Source: Thermoplasmatota archaeon (GTDB lineage Archaea; Thermoplasmatota; JAKEGO01). From it: a stretch of 64,000 bases of DNA. Positions within the stretch are counted from its first letter, which is position 1, and every line of letters starts with the position of its first letter. The position numbers were made by a program, and so were the translations under genes. The stretch covers positions 32,001-96,000 of the forward strand of contig JANQNK010000013.1 in the NCBI GenBank assembly GCA_028279595.1, written 5' to 3'. The notes below the pieces were generated by a model that did not search any database, was not told the DNA's origin, and worked only from the letters and a program-made list of their open reading frames with translations. Below are positions 49,601-58,109 of the stretch, in pieces.

Positions 49601-50847
49601 AACCAGGCGCTCTCTCCCAGGAACATCTCGCCTCCGTCCGGAAAGGTGAGCTCGACATCGAGGTCCGATGCTGCTGTCGACTCGCGCCAGACGCGTATGC
49701 TTCCAGGATAATCGGGTCCGCTGTCCGTCCCGAACCCGGCGACGATGTCGTTGAATCCGTTGTTGTCGAAATCGCCGATACCGACGCGCCATCCCTCGCC
49801 GTTACCGGTCATGGTGGTCGTATCGGCCTTAACCCAGCTGTTCGCTCCGGTGTAGAGGTGAAGCTCCACCACTCCGGGGTCGGAATTGATCATCCCGACC
49901 ATGTCATCGTACTTGTCTCCGTTCATATCGCCCATCGCTATTGACGAGTATGTGTATTGAGGAAGCCCGGCGGACACGTTTGTCCAGTTCCCCGTTCCAT
50001 CCCCAGCGTAAGCACGGGTCTCGGATCCCGCCGACATCACGATGTCGGTGAATCCATCGTTGTTGAAATCACCGTAGTTGATCCCCCTGCCGAAACCGAC
50101 GCTCGATCGCGGAAGCCCGGTGCTCGAGTTGGTCCAGGAGCCGTTCCCGTCGCCGACGTAGACCCAATCGCCTCCGCTCCATGTCGCGATTATATCGAGG
50201 TTGCCGTCCATGTTGATATCGCAGAACATTCCATCCACCCGGGAGCTCCCGTCAGGGAGGTCGGCGGACTGATCGAGCCACGTCCCCAGGCCGCTCCCCG
50301 CGAACGGCCTCGTGTCCATTCCCCAGAACCCGGTCTCGAGAATGTCCATGTCGCCGTCCGAGTTGTAGTCCCCGAACTCTATGTTCCACGCATCCCTCGC
50401 CGTGTTCAATCCCGTCGATGAATCCGTATAGGTGGCAGCAGTGAACTTTGAATAGGCATTGACATCGTCCGCGCCGTGGCTTCCAGCACCGATGTCCCAG
50501 TCACCGTCGTTGTCGAAGTCCGCGAAGGCGAATCCGCCGTAACTCGAATGGTCGATCGAGGCCAGCCCTTCGGCCGTGGTAGCCTCCGACCAGGATGTCC
50601 CTGTCCACTTCCAGACGTGCATGTTCTTCGCCGCATTTCCCTTCCTCGGACCAAGCGCCAGGAGGTCCTGGTCCCCATCCTCGTCGATGTCGAAGAAGAC
50701 GAGTTTCGTCGTCCAGATGTCCTGGGTCGGAAGACCTGTGGATGACTGTGTATAGGTGGGTACTGTCTGCGCATCGGCATCCGCTACCACAATACAGAAA
50801 AGGAGTGCCAGTGCGAATATCGCTAACGCTGGGCGTAAACCCGCCAT
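43627..50847 (-). CDS. Giant cell-surface protein (2406 aa): FG-GAP/VCBS propeller, beta-helix blocks, Ig-like repeats, C-terminal TM, Pro-rich tail
   Basis: Seven D-x-D/N-x-D-G-x-x-D-type repeats at the N-terminus; the remainder is paralogous to 37374..43613. Confidence 0.9.
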   Translation of the reverse strand: MAGLRPALAIFALALLFCIVVADADAQTVPTYTQSSTGLPTQDIWTTKLVFFDIDEDGDQDLLALGPRKGNAAKNMHVWKWTGTSWSEATTAEGLASIDHSSYGGFAFADFDNDGDWDIGAGSHGADDVNAYSKFTAATYTDSSTGLNTARDAWNIEFGDYNSDGDMDILETGFWGMDTRPFAGSGLGTWLDQSADLPDGSSRVDGMFCDINMDGNLDIIATWSGGDWVYVGDGNGSWTNSSTGLPRSSVGFGRGINYGDFNNDGFTDIVMSAGSETRAYAGDGTGNWTNVSAGLPQYTYSSIAMGDMNGDKYDDMVGMINSDPGVVELHLYTGANSWVKADTTTMTGNGEGWRVGIGDFDNNGFNDIVAGFGTDSGPDYPGSIRVWRESTAASDLDVELTFPDGGEMFLGESAWFIKWLSEVPSTSTGIEIELEYSTDGDDGPWTSIDSGLPNSGIYQWAVPDEVSGDCFIRITITDSDSGEASDTNDNAFGIGTSAGGAGEREPHDPIDINSDAEWTAANGVRSGSGTEADPYIIERWDIWGDDSTCISISDTRSYAIIRDCHLHNTTGLAQGISLTSAENITIEDNDIDHTHHGVHASAAEFLLRDNRIIDIEARGVMVSGETNRITAIGNLLRDTGAYGFNLDGSGGMWWSGQWKYPALLENNTISGAANGIYLRTASGVFRGNVIKDCSYGVHCTLGKSFDKAVNCTFEDNLVRDNDIGMFVALMHEPLDGGRSWSVIRGNRFERNIVKGLNLAHDADYTIENNTIAFNPVGIDDVAYGNRTYRNNTIKYNLGGLTFRSIFTIDPDRERVQLAEVLDNDIVNNAYYGIMSSYHNYPGEVSGNYYGGVPGIDGDLLDGNIGGGYQGSPNDPETPAISSPVIIVNDGMSISIDSDRTLNTSYFVRWGGEFELDGADIDLAGHWIAGKIGSYLNTSGGSMDNGLTLALATDHAMIEGTSFDNMAAAVSVYRASPYIGNITVTNDNTTFDTSGTIEHIKFVIRRAGIYLFRDTATIQGGTLNTGGWFGIYAMYSKARITDTAITNNDIGVGAREGHLTLKGLTISLCSMAGIANDDDWWKYGNMSIDIDGCDLQNNDIGIELAYGQIEGEGTPHDITITNNTIDGGTHGLYLEIEDVTILGNEVTNNGVYLDASRAIVKGNTISSGTGLMLVGNAIRMENNTFDQNVRGLYVHDSAPIVVNNDFTRNQYGVYAQDQAQPKLKFNNFEDNTEYGVYNDDSSTLVNATFNWWNSASGPGGEGSGDGDDVSEYVAFEPWLLVESDHSGHYQNIAPKLPTVIIPTDAGFFLRASGRTEDPEGDIVRSVEVMLENETYSSGWIEANGSWRDVLDRGGYSHAFDTMAMEGEYDLSIRCYDGNDHSPIALTKVTVVAPYIEDHDPIVIEGNSDLTSENGVRSGSGTAEDPYMIERWNISSMDSTALDISDTTAHVVISLCNIYGNGSNGGISIVNSRNVVVEDCRFVENSYAIRIADDSLVDMDRSMYLGSEGDDIYSRDSLVNITDSVFWTEGYPANLEGGPEVPSRVSGCFFTAGTLFVTDINLTFEDNVMIGGQLFGGSMSGDIPYYFNISDNVFAYGSAGIWFNWGNSTIERNLLVDHINGWGVWGDRSNMTMRDNNIFGNRDGVENGDDLITIDARWNWWGAENGPSGEGDGDGDAVSEDVLFDPWLTEPVVFNEDPVIVIAEPDGANDTSDNVFTIIWNATDPDGDDITVDLYWDVDNDPGGTSILADDMDPVGTFDWDISMLDEGDYYVYATAEDSRGGMASAYSDGPVTVDHAPSIEVTTPPEGGAEAEDEYSIEWTTMNATDSAIIDIYYDVDTNGENLEIVKTGLNDTGSYDWGLDAVQDGEYYVFIVLTDGEFNATGWSSGMLTVDHPSTTPVNHKPKITVHAPEAGKNNTANEEFTITWTASDEDGDEVYIRLQYDEDDQVGGGVNITSDWVLASLSEWDWDTTDVPEGKYYVYAVVDDSNGSQAHDFSSGRVTIVHPEPGENTAPTITIVTPEDGATVNGTVWINGTAHDADGNDDIERVRIRIGSGSWRTCDGTSDWSYEWNASNADNGDVTIRVEVEDAEGDTGTDQITLTVDNFIPGPPWISIISHDEGETVSGTIEIWGSAGGDLDLERIILEIDGTDVDVTGLSFWEGEWDSSHILYESVTIVATVEDEDGRTNTSTMNITVDNIPPVVNEDPTINVESGPTSVRKGRTVTIVAAVDDPDGRDDIVTVFGDLRDNEGNTVLEITDTELNWVTGTVYFSIDTSSMETGNYILFIFIVDSQDAGDYDTWSFKVVAADSDDKDDSNDLVCAAVFIGIGVALLVLLSTSSRKGEEPVRAQVLQSNVVTGQQLPPPPGQPLPPPPPPPPTDVPPPPPGWVPPPPEEPIDVEVYEVEVLE

Positions 50848-50940
50848 GTTCTGTCAATGGCATCGTGAATAATAGGTTTTTCGGCAGGATGGATAGAGAT
50901 ATAACGTACGTGGGCCATTCTTCAACGAGGGGATGATCGG

Positions 50941-51330
50941 ATCAAGAAGCGCGATGGTCTACTGGTCCTGCTGATCGTTCAGATCATAGCAGCCCTAGTC
51001 ATCATGTACTATATCCTTACAAATGAGATCGGCTTCACTCAATGGTTCCGTCTTCTGATCTACGTATCGATCTTCTACGCCTTCGTAGGAATTGCTTTGG
51101 ACTCATTATCGGCGTCTTGCCCCAAATGCGGGGAATATGGCAACTTCACCGATGTTCGGGCGAACATCGTAAGGACGACCGAGGAAGAGGTGGACTCGTA
51201 TACCAGGACCTATCCATCTTCGATCCTGGTAAGGCGGTCTGTCGGCATCCGGACGGTTGAATGCAATGTGTGCGATGAGAGATACTTCATCAGATACCAG
51301 TTCATCAAGAAGCTCAGATGGATCCGTTGA
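50941..51330 (+). CDS. Small membrane protein with a zinc ribbon (CPKC...CNVC)
   Basis: TM segment(s) plus two CxxC motifs. First ATG is at 51004, but the in-frame hydrophobic extension reaches ATC 50941. Confidence 0.7.
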   Translation: MKKRDGLLVLLIVQIIAALVIMYYILTNEIGFTQWFRLLIYVSIFYAFVGIALDSLSASCPKCGEYGNFTDVRANIVRTTEEEVDSYTRTYPSSILVRRSVGIRTVECNVCDERYFIRYQFIKKLRWIR

Positions 51331-51420
51331 GGAATGCCTTTGATGCGATATCCAATTGATATCTTCTAGTTAGTTTCAAATAACACCTCATCGATTGCTC
51401 AACGAAGAGGAGGCGCTATC

Positions 51421-52200
51421 ATGGACTGGGGAATGAAGAACAGGATGTCGAAGATCATCAAGCCGGATGGCAAGACGGTCATGCTGGCGGTCGACCACGG
51501 CTACTTCATGGGTCCGACCACCGGACTCGAGAACATAGCCGAGACCGTCGGACCGCTTCTGCCGCACGCGGACGTGCTCATGCCCACAAGGGGCGCTCTC
51601 AGGCATTACATCCCGGCTGACACGGACGTTCCCATCGTACTACGTGTTTCGGGCGGGACCAGCATCCTCAATCCAGATGTGCTCCACGAGGGCATCGTCT
51701 GTTCCATCGACGATGCTGTCAGACTGAACGTCGCTGGCATCGCGTTCTCCATACTCGTCGGTTCATCCTTCGAGAGGGATACGATACTGGGATTCACCGA
51801 GATGGTCGACGAGGCCAACGGCCTCGGGATCCCAACGCTCGCTGTGACAGCAGTGGGTCGTGACATGGTCCGAGACGCCCGTTACATGAGCCTCGCATCG
51901 CGAATGGCCGCGGAACTGGGTGCGTCCGTCGTCAAGACCTACTACGTCGATGGATTCGAGAAGGTCGTCGACACCTGCCCTGTCCCTGTCGTGATTGCTG
52001 GCGGGAAGAAGACGCCGGAGGACGAGGCGCTCGAGACAGCGTACAACGCGATGCAGGCCGGAGCCGTGGGGGTCGACATGGGCAGGAACATCTTCCAGTC
52101 CGAGGACCCCGTGGCCATGATCCAGGCGGTCAATTCCGTCGTCCACGACGACCATACCCCGAAGGAGGCCTTCGAGCTCTTTACCAAGCTGAAGGGCTGA
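51421..52200 (+). CDS. lsrF: LsrF-like class I aldolase/thiolase (DhnA family)
   Basis: MDWGMKNRM, MLAVDHGYFMGPTTGLE, AVTAVG, ELGA.VVKTYY, VIAGGKK and GVDMGRNIFQS. Confidence 0.9.
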   Translation: MDWGMKNRMSKIIKPDGKTVMLAVDHGYFMGPTTGLENIAETVGPLLPHADVLMPTRGALRHYIPADTDVPIVLRVSGGTSILNPDVLHEGIVCSIDDAVRLNVAGIAFSILVGSSFERDTILGFTEMVDEANGLGIPTLAVTAVGRDMVRDARYMSLASRMAAELGASVVKTYYVDGFEKVVDTCPVPVVIAGGKKTPEDEALETAYNAMQAGAVGVDMGRNIFQSEDPVAMIQAVNSVVHDDHTPKEAFELFTKLKG

Positions 52201-52271
52201 GCCTGGACGATCTCACTCAATACGTTCACCAGGGGGATACTTGATCCCCATTCTCAGCGGAGGGAGACAGC

Positions 52272-53354
52272 ATGAAGGTAGCGATGTACTACAACAACCA
52301 CGACGTCCGCCTCGAGGAACAGGAGATACCAACGATTGGCGACGACGAGGTCCTCATGCAGGTCATGGCCTGCGGTATCTGCGGAAGCGACGTCATGGAA
52401 TGGTACCGCGTCCAGAAGGCTCCTAGAGTGCTTGGCCATGAGGTCGCCGGGATCGTCTCCGACGTCGGAAAGGACGTCAAGAACTGGGAGCCAGGAGAGA
52501 GGATCGTCGCAACCCATCACGTCCCCTGCAATTCATGCAGATACTGTCTTGAAGGCCATCACTCCGTTTGCGACTCGCTCCGGACGACTAACTTCCATCC
52601 CGGAGGATTCTCCGAATACCTTAGACTCCCTGGAATAAACGTCGACAGGGGACTCCTCAGACTCCCGGACGAGCTCTCCTTCGACCAGGGGACATTCGTC
52701 GAGCCCATCGGATGCGCGGTACGGGGACAACGCTTCGCCGGCGTAGCTCCCGGAAAGAGCGTCCTCATCATCGGTTCCGGTATCTCCGGACTTCTTCATC
52801 TCAAGCTCGCCAAGGCCCAGGGCTGCGGACCGATCTTCGCCACCGACATCCATCCCTACAGAACGGATTTCGCGAAGAGGGTCGGAGCCGACGAGACCTT
52901 CCTGGCCTGCCCCCCCGAGGTCGACCCGGGGACGACTGACCTGGATTCATGCTCGTTCGAGAGCATCAACATCCCGGAGATGGTGAAGGAGGCCAATGAC
53001 GGATGCCCGATCGACGTCGTTATTGTCTGTGCCGGAGCCCCCCAGGCGATGGCACAGGCCCTCGAGTCCGTAGACAGGGGAGGCACGGTACTCTTCTTCG
53101 CCCCTACCCGCCCCGACATCAGGACCGAGATCGACGTCTGGGACCTCTGGAAGAACGAGATCACACTCACAACCTCTTACGCCGCCTCGGAACGAGACCT
53201 TCTCGCCGGTATCGCCCTCCTCAACTCGGGCGAGATCGACGTCACCGACATGATAACGCACAAATTCCCGCTCGCCGAAACGCAGAAGGGCTTCGAGCTC
53301 ATGGACGCCGGCGGAGAATCGATGAAGGTGATCATCGAACCTTGGGCAGAATGA
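52272..53354 (+). CDS. Zn-dependent medium-chain dehydrogenase (sorbitol/threonine dehydrogenase-like)
   Basis: CGICGSD, GHE, CNSCRYC...C, EP and GSGISG. Confidence 0.92.
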   Translation: MKVAMYYNNHDVRLEEQEIPTIGDDEVLMQVMACGICGSDVMEWYRVQKAPRVLGHEVAGIVSDVGKDVKNWEPGERIVATHHVPCNSCRYCLEGHHSVCDSLRTTNFHPGGFSEYLRLPGINVDRGLLRLPDELSFDQGTFVEPIGCAVRGQRFAGVAPGKSVLIIGSGISGLLHLKLAKAQGCGPIFATDIHPYRTDFAKRVGADETFLACPPEVDPGTTDLDSCSFESINIPEMVKEANDGCPIDVVIVCAGAPQAMAQALESVDRGGTVLFFAPTRPDIRTEIDVWDLWKNEITLTTSYAASERDLLAGIALLNSGEIDVTDMITHKFPLAETQKGFELMDAGGESMKVIIEPWAE

Positions 53355-53732
53355 CTTCGGTAGTGAATAATTCCCAAAACATACCGTTCAAAGGAGTGTG
53401 AACTGTTAACCATCTTGGGAAATATATAACTAAACTATTCGAAAGGAAGGCAATTATGACTATGGCCAGTGGATTATCTGAACTCTCATTAATATTATAT
53501 ACTTACTAATTATAACTAAGAACGCCAAGGGGAGGTTCATCCGACCCGTCCGGGTCGAGGGGACCAAATTCCTTCCATTGGGACCAAGCGAAAAGCACTT
53601 CGGATCAATGGAAATTCTGTCGGCAAATTGAGTTCATTTCTACAACCCAATTCCGGGCGATTTCAAATAACCACGTTAACCTTTTATAGCATAATTTCAA
53701 GAGAAGATTGGGGAGCAAAACGGGGGGACCAG

Positions 53733-54182
53733 ATGAAACATGAAGTACTCAACGAATTAATGGAAAATCCCGCGAGACCGCTCAGCGAGATCGCCCGCAA
53801 GCTCGGCAAGTCGAGAGCCTACGTCGGCAAGGTCCGTCAGAAGATGGAGCAGGATGGGACGATCCTCGGATACTCTACCGCGGTTAACCCAAAGGCAATT
53901 GGAGCGCAGTGTTTTCATCTAAGGATAACGGCTCCCGACCTCGAGGCTGAGAAATTGAAGCGGTTAGCTATTGGATTTCAGAGAGTTCATCAGTGTCTTC
54001 AGTTCAGCTCACTCGACCATGTGCTTCATGGGGAGTTCGATTTTCTAGCAACGGTGATGACGACAGATGCGGAGTGTCTTTGTCGGTTCAAGAAGATGCT
54101 GTTGGAGAACGGGGTCGAGGGGTTTGAGTTTGTACCGGTTTCGAAGTCGTTGATCAAGTTTGGACATATTAACTCACACTAA
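53733..54182 (+). CDS. Lrp/AsnC family transcriptional regulator
   Basis: LMENPARPLSEIARKLG...MEQDGTILGYS HTH; LHGEFDFL in the RAM domain; GGGGG RBS. Confidence 0.85.
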   Translation: MKHEVLNELMENPARPLSEIARKLGKSRAYVGKVRQKMEQDGTILGYSTAVNPKAIGAQCFHLRITAPDLEAEKLKRLAIGFQRVHQCLQFSSLDHVLHGEFDFLATVMTTDAECLCRFKKMLLENGVEGFEFVPVSKSLIKFGHINSH

Positions 54183-54271
54183 TTAATCTAGTCATTGGTA
54201 TAATCATTTTATTACCCATTTAGTTGACAACATTTTATAGTGAATTCAATGATTTCAAATTTGGTGTGCCA

Positions 54272-57200
54272 ATGAAAAAAGAAATTGTATTGATAATAGG
54301 ATGTCTTCTGATTGCGCAATTAGTACCACTAATTACGAATGATACCAATCGGAATATTGAGAGCCAAGATGCCCAGAACACGGGTCAATCAATTGATAAT
54401 GATATCATTGAGAATATCAACACGTTACTAATGGATGAGAATGAAATCTTAAATTCGGATACTGATGTAGAAATTGACGGATTTGGTAATTCGCATAAAG
54501 CATTCCATCTGAATGATGGAGAGAATTATCAGATTTATTACTCCAATAATATTTACAATGGCTATGAGTGGAATCCCGCTGTTCAGATTACAACAAGTAC
54601 AAGTGACTCAATGTATCCTCAGGTATGTTGGGACGATAACAGTGGTGTGGTATTCATTATTTGGGTTGAATTCGAAGGGACAGGCACATATCAATATTCT
54701 GTCAGCGATATTAATCAACTTACAAGCACCCCATCAGACGATTGGTTTTTACCAATACAATACAATCATCTCGGATCTATAAGTGGGACATGGAATGCAA
54801 TCTATCACGATCCCCAGTTACAGATTATCCTAAACCAAGGTTTACCTGACGAGAAATTAATCTATGACAGTGTCTCTTTGGATACAATAATTCAACGGCA
54901 TATGATACATCTTAACTATAATTTCGACACACGTTACGGTATTGCTGATGTTCCAAATGATTTATTAATCGATTCGTATTCGAATGGAATTGAAGGATAT
55001 TATGTTGTACAGCTAAACACATATCCATTTGAACGAGTAATAAATGAAATTGATAAAAGTGGTTGTACGCTGCATTATTATGTTCCTCAATTATCATTCA
55101 TAATAAGTGGAACCAACAATGAGATTGAAAATTTAAAAATGTCAGAATATATCCGGTGGGTGGGATATTATCATCCAATGTTCCGAATTGACTCACAATT
55201 ATTATTAAGCTCAAGCATTGAAAGGATTTCAATAAATCTCTTCCGACATGAAGATATTGGAACTGTATCTGAGGAAATTAGTGATCTCGGAGGAACAATA
55301 ATCTCACAAAGCATTATTGGAGATATGGGAAGAATCATTTCTTACCTACATTCAGATATGTTCATTGATCTATCATTCATAAATGGAATTCATTGGATAT
55401 CTTCAGCTCCTGAAACCACAACTTCATTCAACGATGATGGCACTCCTGCAGTCCAAGTCGGGATTCAAGACACAAATCAACATCGTGAAATTTTTGATAA
55501 GGTTACTGGAAAAAAACAGTTAATTGCAGTAATTGATGATGGGTTGGATACAGATCATGAAACTTTCTTCGATAGTACATGTCAATTGAATTACGATAAT
55601 GGAAATGGTCAAACAAATGATCATGACCATATATATGCTTACAATACCGAATATGGGGATAGTGACTCAGAAATTGGTGATCACGGTACAAAATGCGCTG
55701 GTGTCGCACTAGGTAACTCACCTGGGATTGATACATGGGATAAGTATGATGGTCACGCTTTTGGCGCAAGAACAACCTTTTGGGATATATATGTAAGTGG
55801 TCAAGGATATGGTCATGACCGGTATAGCGATTATTATCCCCTTTTTACTAAGGTTCATGATAATTATCCACAGAAATGCCATATCGCATCCCATTCTGTA
55901 GGTGGTTATGACGATGGTGAAAGCTACAGAATTCCAGCAGAGGACTTGGATAGAGTAATGTGGGAGAATCAGGATTTTCTCATAGTTCAAGCCGCTGCGA
56001 ATGCTGGCGCCCATGGAGAAGGATCATTATGTGAGGAGGCAATTAGTAAAAACGCCCTTGTCATGGGGGCTAGCAACAATAATTATCTTAATACAGTAAG
56101 AGGAGATAGTAGTCGGGGATATACTGCAGACGGTCGAGTTAATCCAACCGCGATATGTCCAGGTGAGTCCGTTATTACTGCGTGGTCTGGAAATCACAAC
56201 GATCGATATACAGATAACAATGATGGTCGAGAATATTTTAAACGTACAAGCGCTGCAACTCCAGCAGCCGCAGGTTCTATTGCATTAATTCGACAATATC
56301 TTACTGAAGGCAGATGGTTTGAGGATAATGGAAATAAAAACGACAACTATAAAATCCAGAATCCTTCAGCGGCGTTGTTAAAAGGTTGCTTCCTTGCAAG
56401 CGCGGTGAGAATGGATGGGGCAGGATCCCAAAGAACTAGTAATACATATCCAAATCAGGATCAGGGATGGGGACGTCCGAAGCTTCGATCCGTAATGAAC
56501 TTCGACAATCCAACTTTATCAACACGATTATTTGATCAGACAGGTGGTCTATTAAATAATGAATTCGAAGATTTCCTATTTAATGTCATTGATGATAATC
56601 GGAAATTGGTGATATTTCTAGTTTGGTCAGATCCAGCTGGAAACTCTGGTAGTCCACAATCGAAACAACTTGTTAATAATCTGAATTTGATACTTGAAGC
56701 ACCGAATGGTGACGTATATTATGGAAATAATCATAATAATCAGGGTGAATCAAGAACCTATTCCTCTGGTGGATCATCCCTTGATTCAGTAAACAATGTT
56801 GAAGCGATTCATATTCCGTCAGGAAATCTTCAAACAGGTACTTGGAAAATCAGAATTGATGGGGATTTAATCAATGAAAATGAAGGTAGGCAACCATATG
56901 CAATTGTCGCTCGTGGGAATATTGGTGATTTCCGCCAAGTTGATGTAAGTTCGGTCCGTGCATACGAATATGTTGGTTTCGATAATCATAATGGTGCAGG
57001 GTTGACGATGACATATTTTGATACTACATCGGATACAATCAAGATGATAGATATTGATAATGATGGAAATCAAGATTGTATTGCTGTTGAGATTTTCCGC
57101 GATGGTGATTGGAGATATATTCATTACTCAATAGGATGGAATTTACAACAATCTGGGGAATTTGAAAAATGGACACATTACCCAGAGGACCCATATGACT

Positions 57201-57952
57201 TAGGTATAAGTAATTATGACTTTCGGGATGCCGCTGTAGCAATTGGACACTTTGATCCAGGGGTTGATAATAAACTAGATATCATAGTCGCAGCGGTAGA
57301 AAATGGTTTTGACAAAATCAGAATCGCATGCGGGCGAGACATTGGTACTGATGGCGAATTTCGAGAATGGGATTGCTATCTCCAGCAAACTGATGCAATG
57401 GGTAATTCCCATGATGGGTTAGGGCTTGTACTCCATGATATTGATAATAACGATAAATTAGATGGCATTTTTATGGTATGCGATGATCCTTCCGGAAATA
57501 ATAATTATCGTTATAAAATTGGTTGGGATATTGGAGGAGATGGATCCTTTAGTTCTTTTACGGGCCAAATTGGAAATTCAGTCGATGCAGATGGACATAA
57601 TCAAGATGGGGGTGGATTAGCGATATGGGATATTGACGAAAATGGTCTTTATGATGTTCTATTTTATGCCTTAGATACACCAGGTGACGGTTCTGACAAT
57701 ATCCGATATAGAATTGCATATGACATAGATACTAATGGACATTTTGATCATTGGTCTTCGAAAAAACGGATATCTAAACCATTTGGTACACATAGCTCAG
57801 GAGGAGGTGTCGGAATTCTTGATATGGAAAATGATTACGAGAGTCACGGGCCTGAGGCATTTTTCATGTCTCTAGACAATCCTGATGGTGAAGATAATGT
57901 TCGAATCAGAATCAGTTATCAATTAACACATGATGGAAATCCAGGATGGTAG
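54272..57952 (+). CDS. Secreted S8 subtilase (Kp43-like) with C-terminal FG-GAP-like repeats
   Basis: Signal peptide; triad VIDDGLD / HGTKCAG / RTSAATP; AAAN; PSAALLK; NQDQGWGR; LVWSDP; LVNNLNL; NNVE. Confidence 0.9.
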   Translation: MKKEIVLIIGCLLIAQLVPLITNDTNRNIESQDAQNTGQSIDNDIIENINTLLMDENEILNSDTDVEIDGFGNSHKAFHLNDGENYQIYYSNNIYNGYEWNPAVQITTSTSDSMYPQVCWDDNSGVVFIIWVEFEGTGTYQYSVSDINQLTSTPSDDWFLPIQYNHLGSISGTWNAIYHDPQLQIILNQGLPDEKLIYDSVSLDTIIQRHMIHLNYNFDTRYGIADVPNDLLIDSYSNGIEGYYVVQLNTYPFERVINEIDKSGCTLHYYVPQLSFIISGTNNEIENLKMSEYIRWVGYYHPMFRIDSQLLLSSSIERISINLFRHEDIGTVSEEISDLGGTIISQSIIGDMGRIISYLHSDMFIDLSFINGIHWISSAPETTTSFNDDGTPAVQVGIQDTNQHREIFDKVTGKKQLIAVIDDGLDTDHETFFDSTCQLNYDNGNGQTNDHDHIYAYNTEYGDSDSEIGDHGTKCAGVALGNSPGIDTWDKYDGHAFGARTTFWDIYVSGQGYGHDRYSDYYPLFTKVHDNYPQKCHIASHSVGGYDDGESYRIPAEDLDRVMWENQDFLIVQAAANAGAHGEGSLCEEAISKNALVMGASNNNYLNTVRGDSSRGYTADGRVNPTAICPGESVITAWSGNHNDRYTDNNDGREYFKRTSAATPAAAGSIALIRQYLTEGRWFEDNGNKNDNYKIQNPSAALLKGCFLASAVRMDGAGSQRTSNTYPNQDQGWGRPKLRSVMNFDNPTLSTRLFDQTGGLLNNEFEDFLFNVIDDNRKLVIFLVWSDPAGNSGSPQSKQLVNNLNLILEAPNGDVYYGNNHNNQGESRTYSSGGSSLDSVNNVEAIHIPSGNLQTGTWKIRIDGDLINENEGRQPYAIVARGNIGDFRQVDVSSVRAYEYVGFDNHNGAGLTMTYFDTTSDTIKMIDIDNDGNQDCIAVEIFRDGDWRYIHYSIGWNLQQSGEFEKWTHYPEDPYDLGISNYDFRDAAVAIGHFDPGVDNKLDIIVAAVENGFDKIRIACGRDIGTDGEFREWDCYLQQTDAMGNSHDGLGLVLHDIDNNDKLDGIFMVCDDPSGNNNYRYKIGWDIGGDGSFSSFTGQIGNSVDADGHNQDGGGLAIWDIDENGLYDVLFYALDTPGDGSDNIRYRIAYDIDTNGHFDHWSSKKRISKPFGTHSSGGGVGILDMENDYESHGPEAFFMSLDNPDGEDNVRIRISYQLTHDGNPGW

Positions 57953-58109
57953 TTATGAAAGAGATAATATAGGTCCGTGAGTCGATAAGGTGTGAAGATA
58001 CAATGAATCATCATATGTATGGATTCATTGTATTATCCCTTATTTATCACAAGAATATACGAAAAACAGCTGATGTTTACATGTGATTCTGTAACAGAAA
58101 TTGTAGTAA

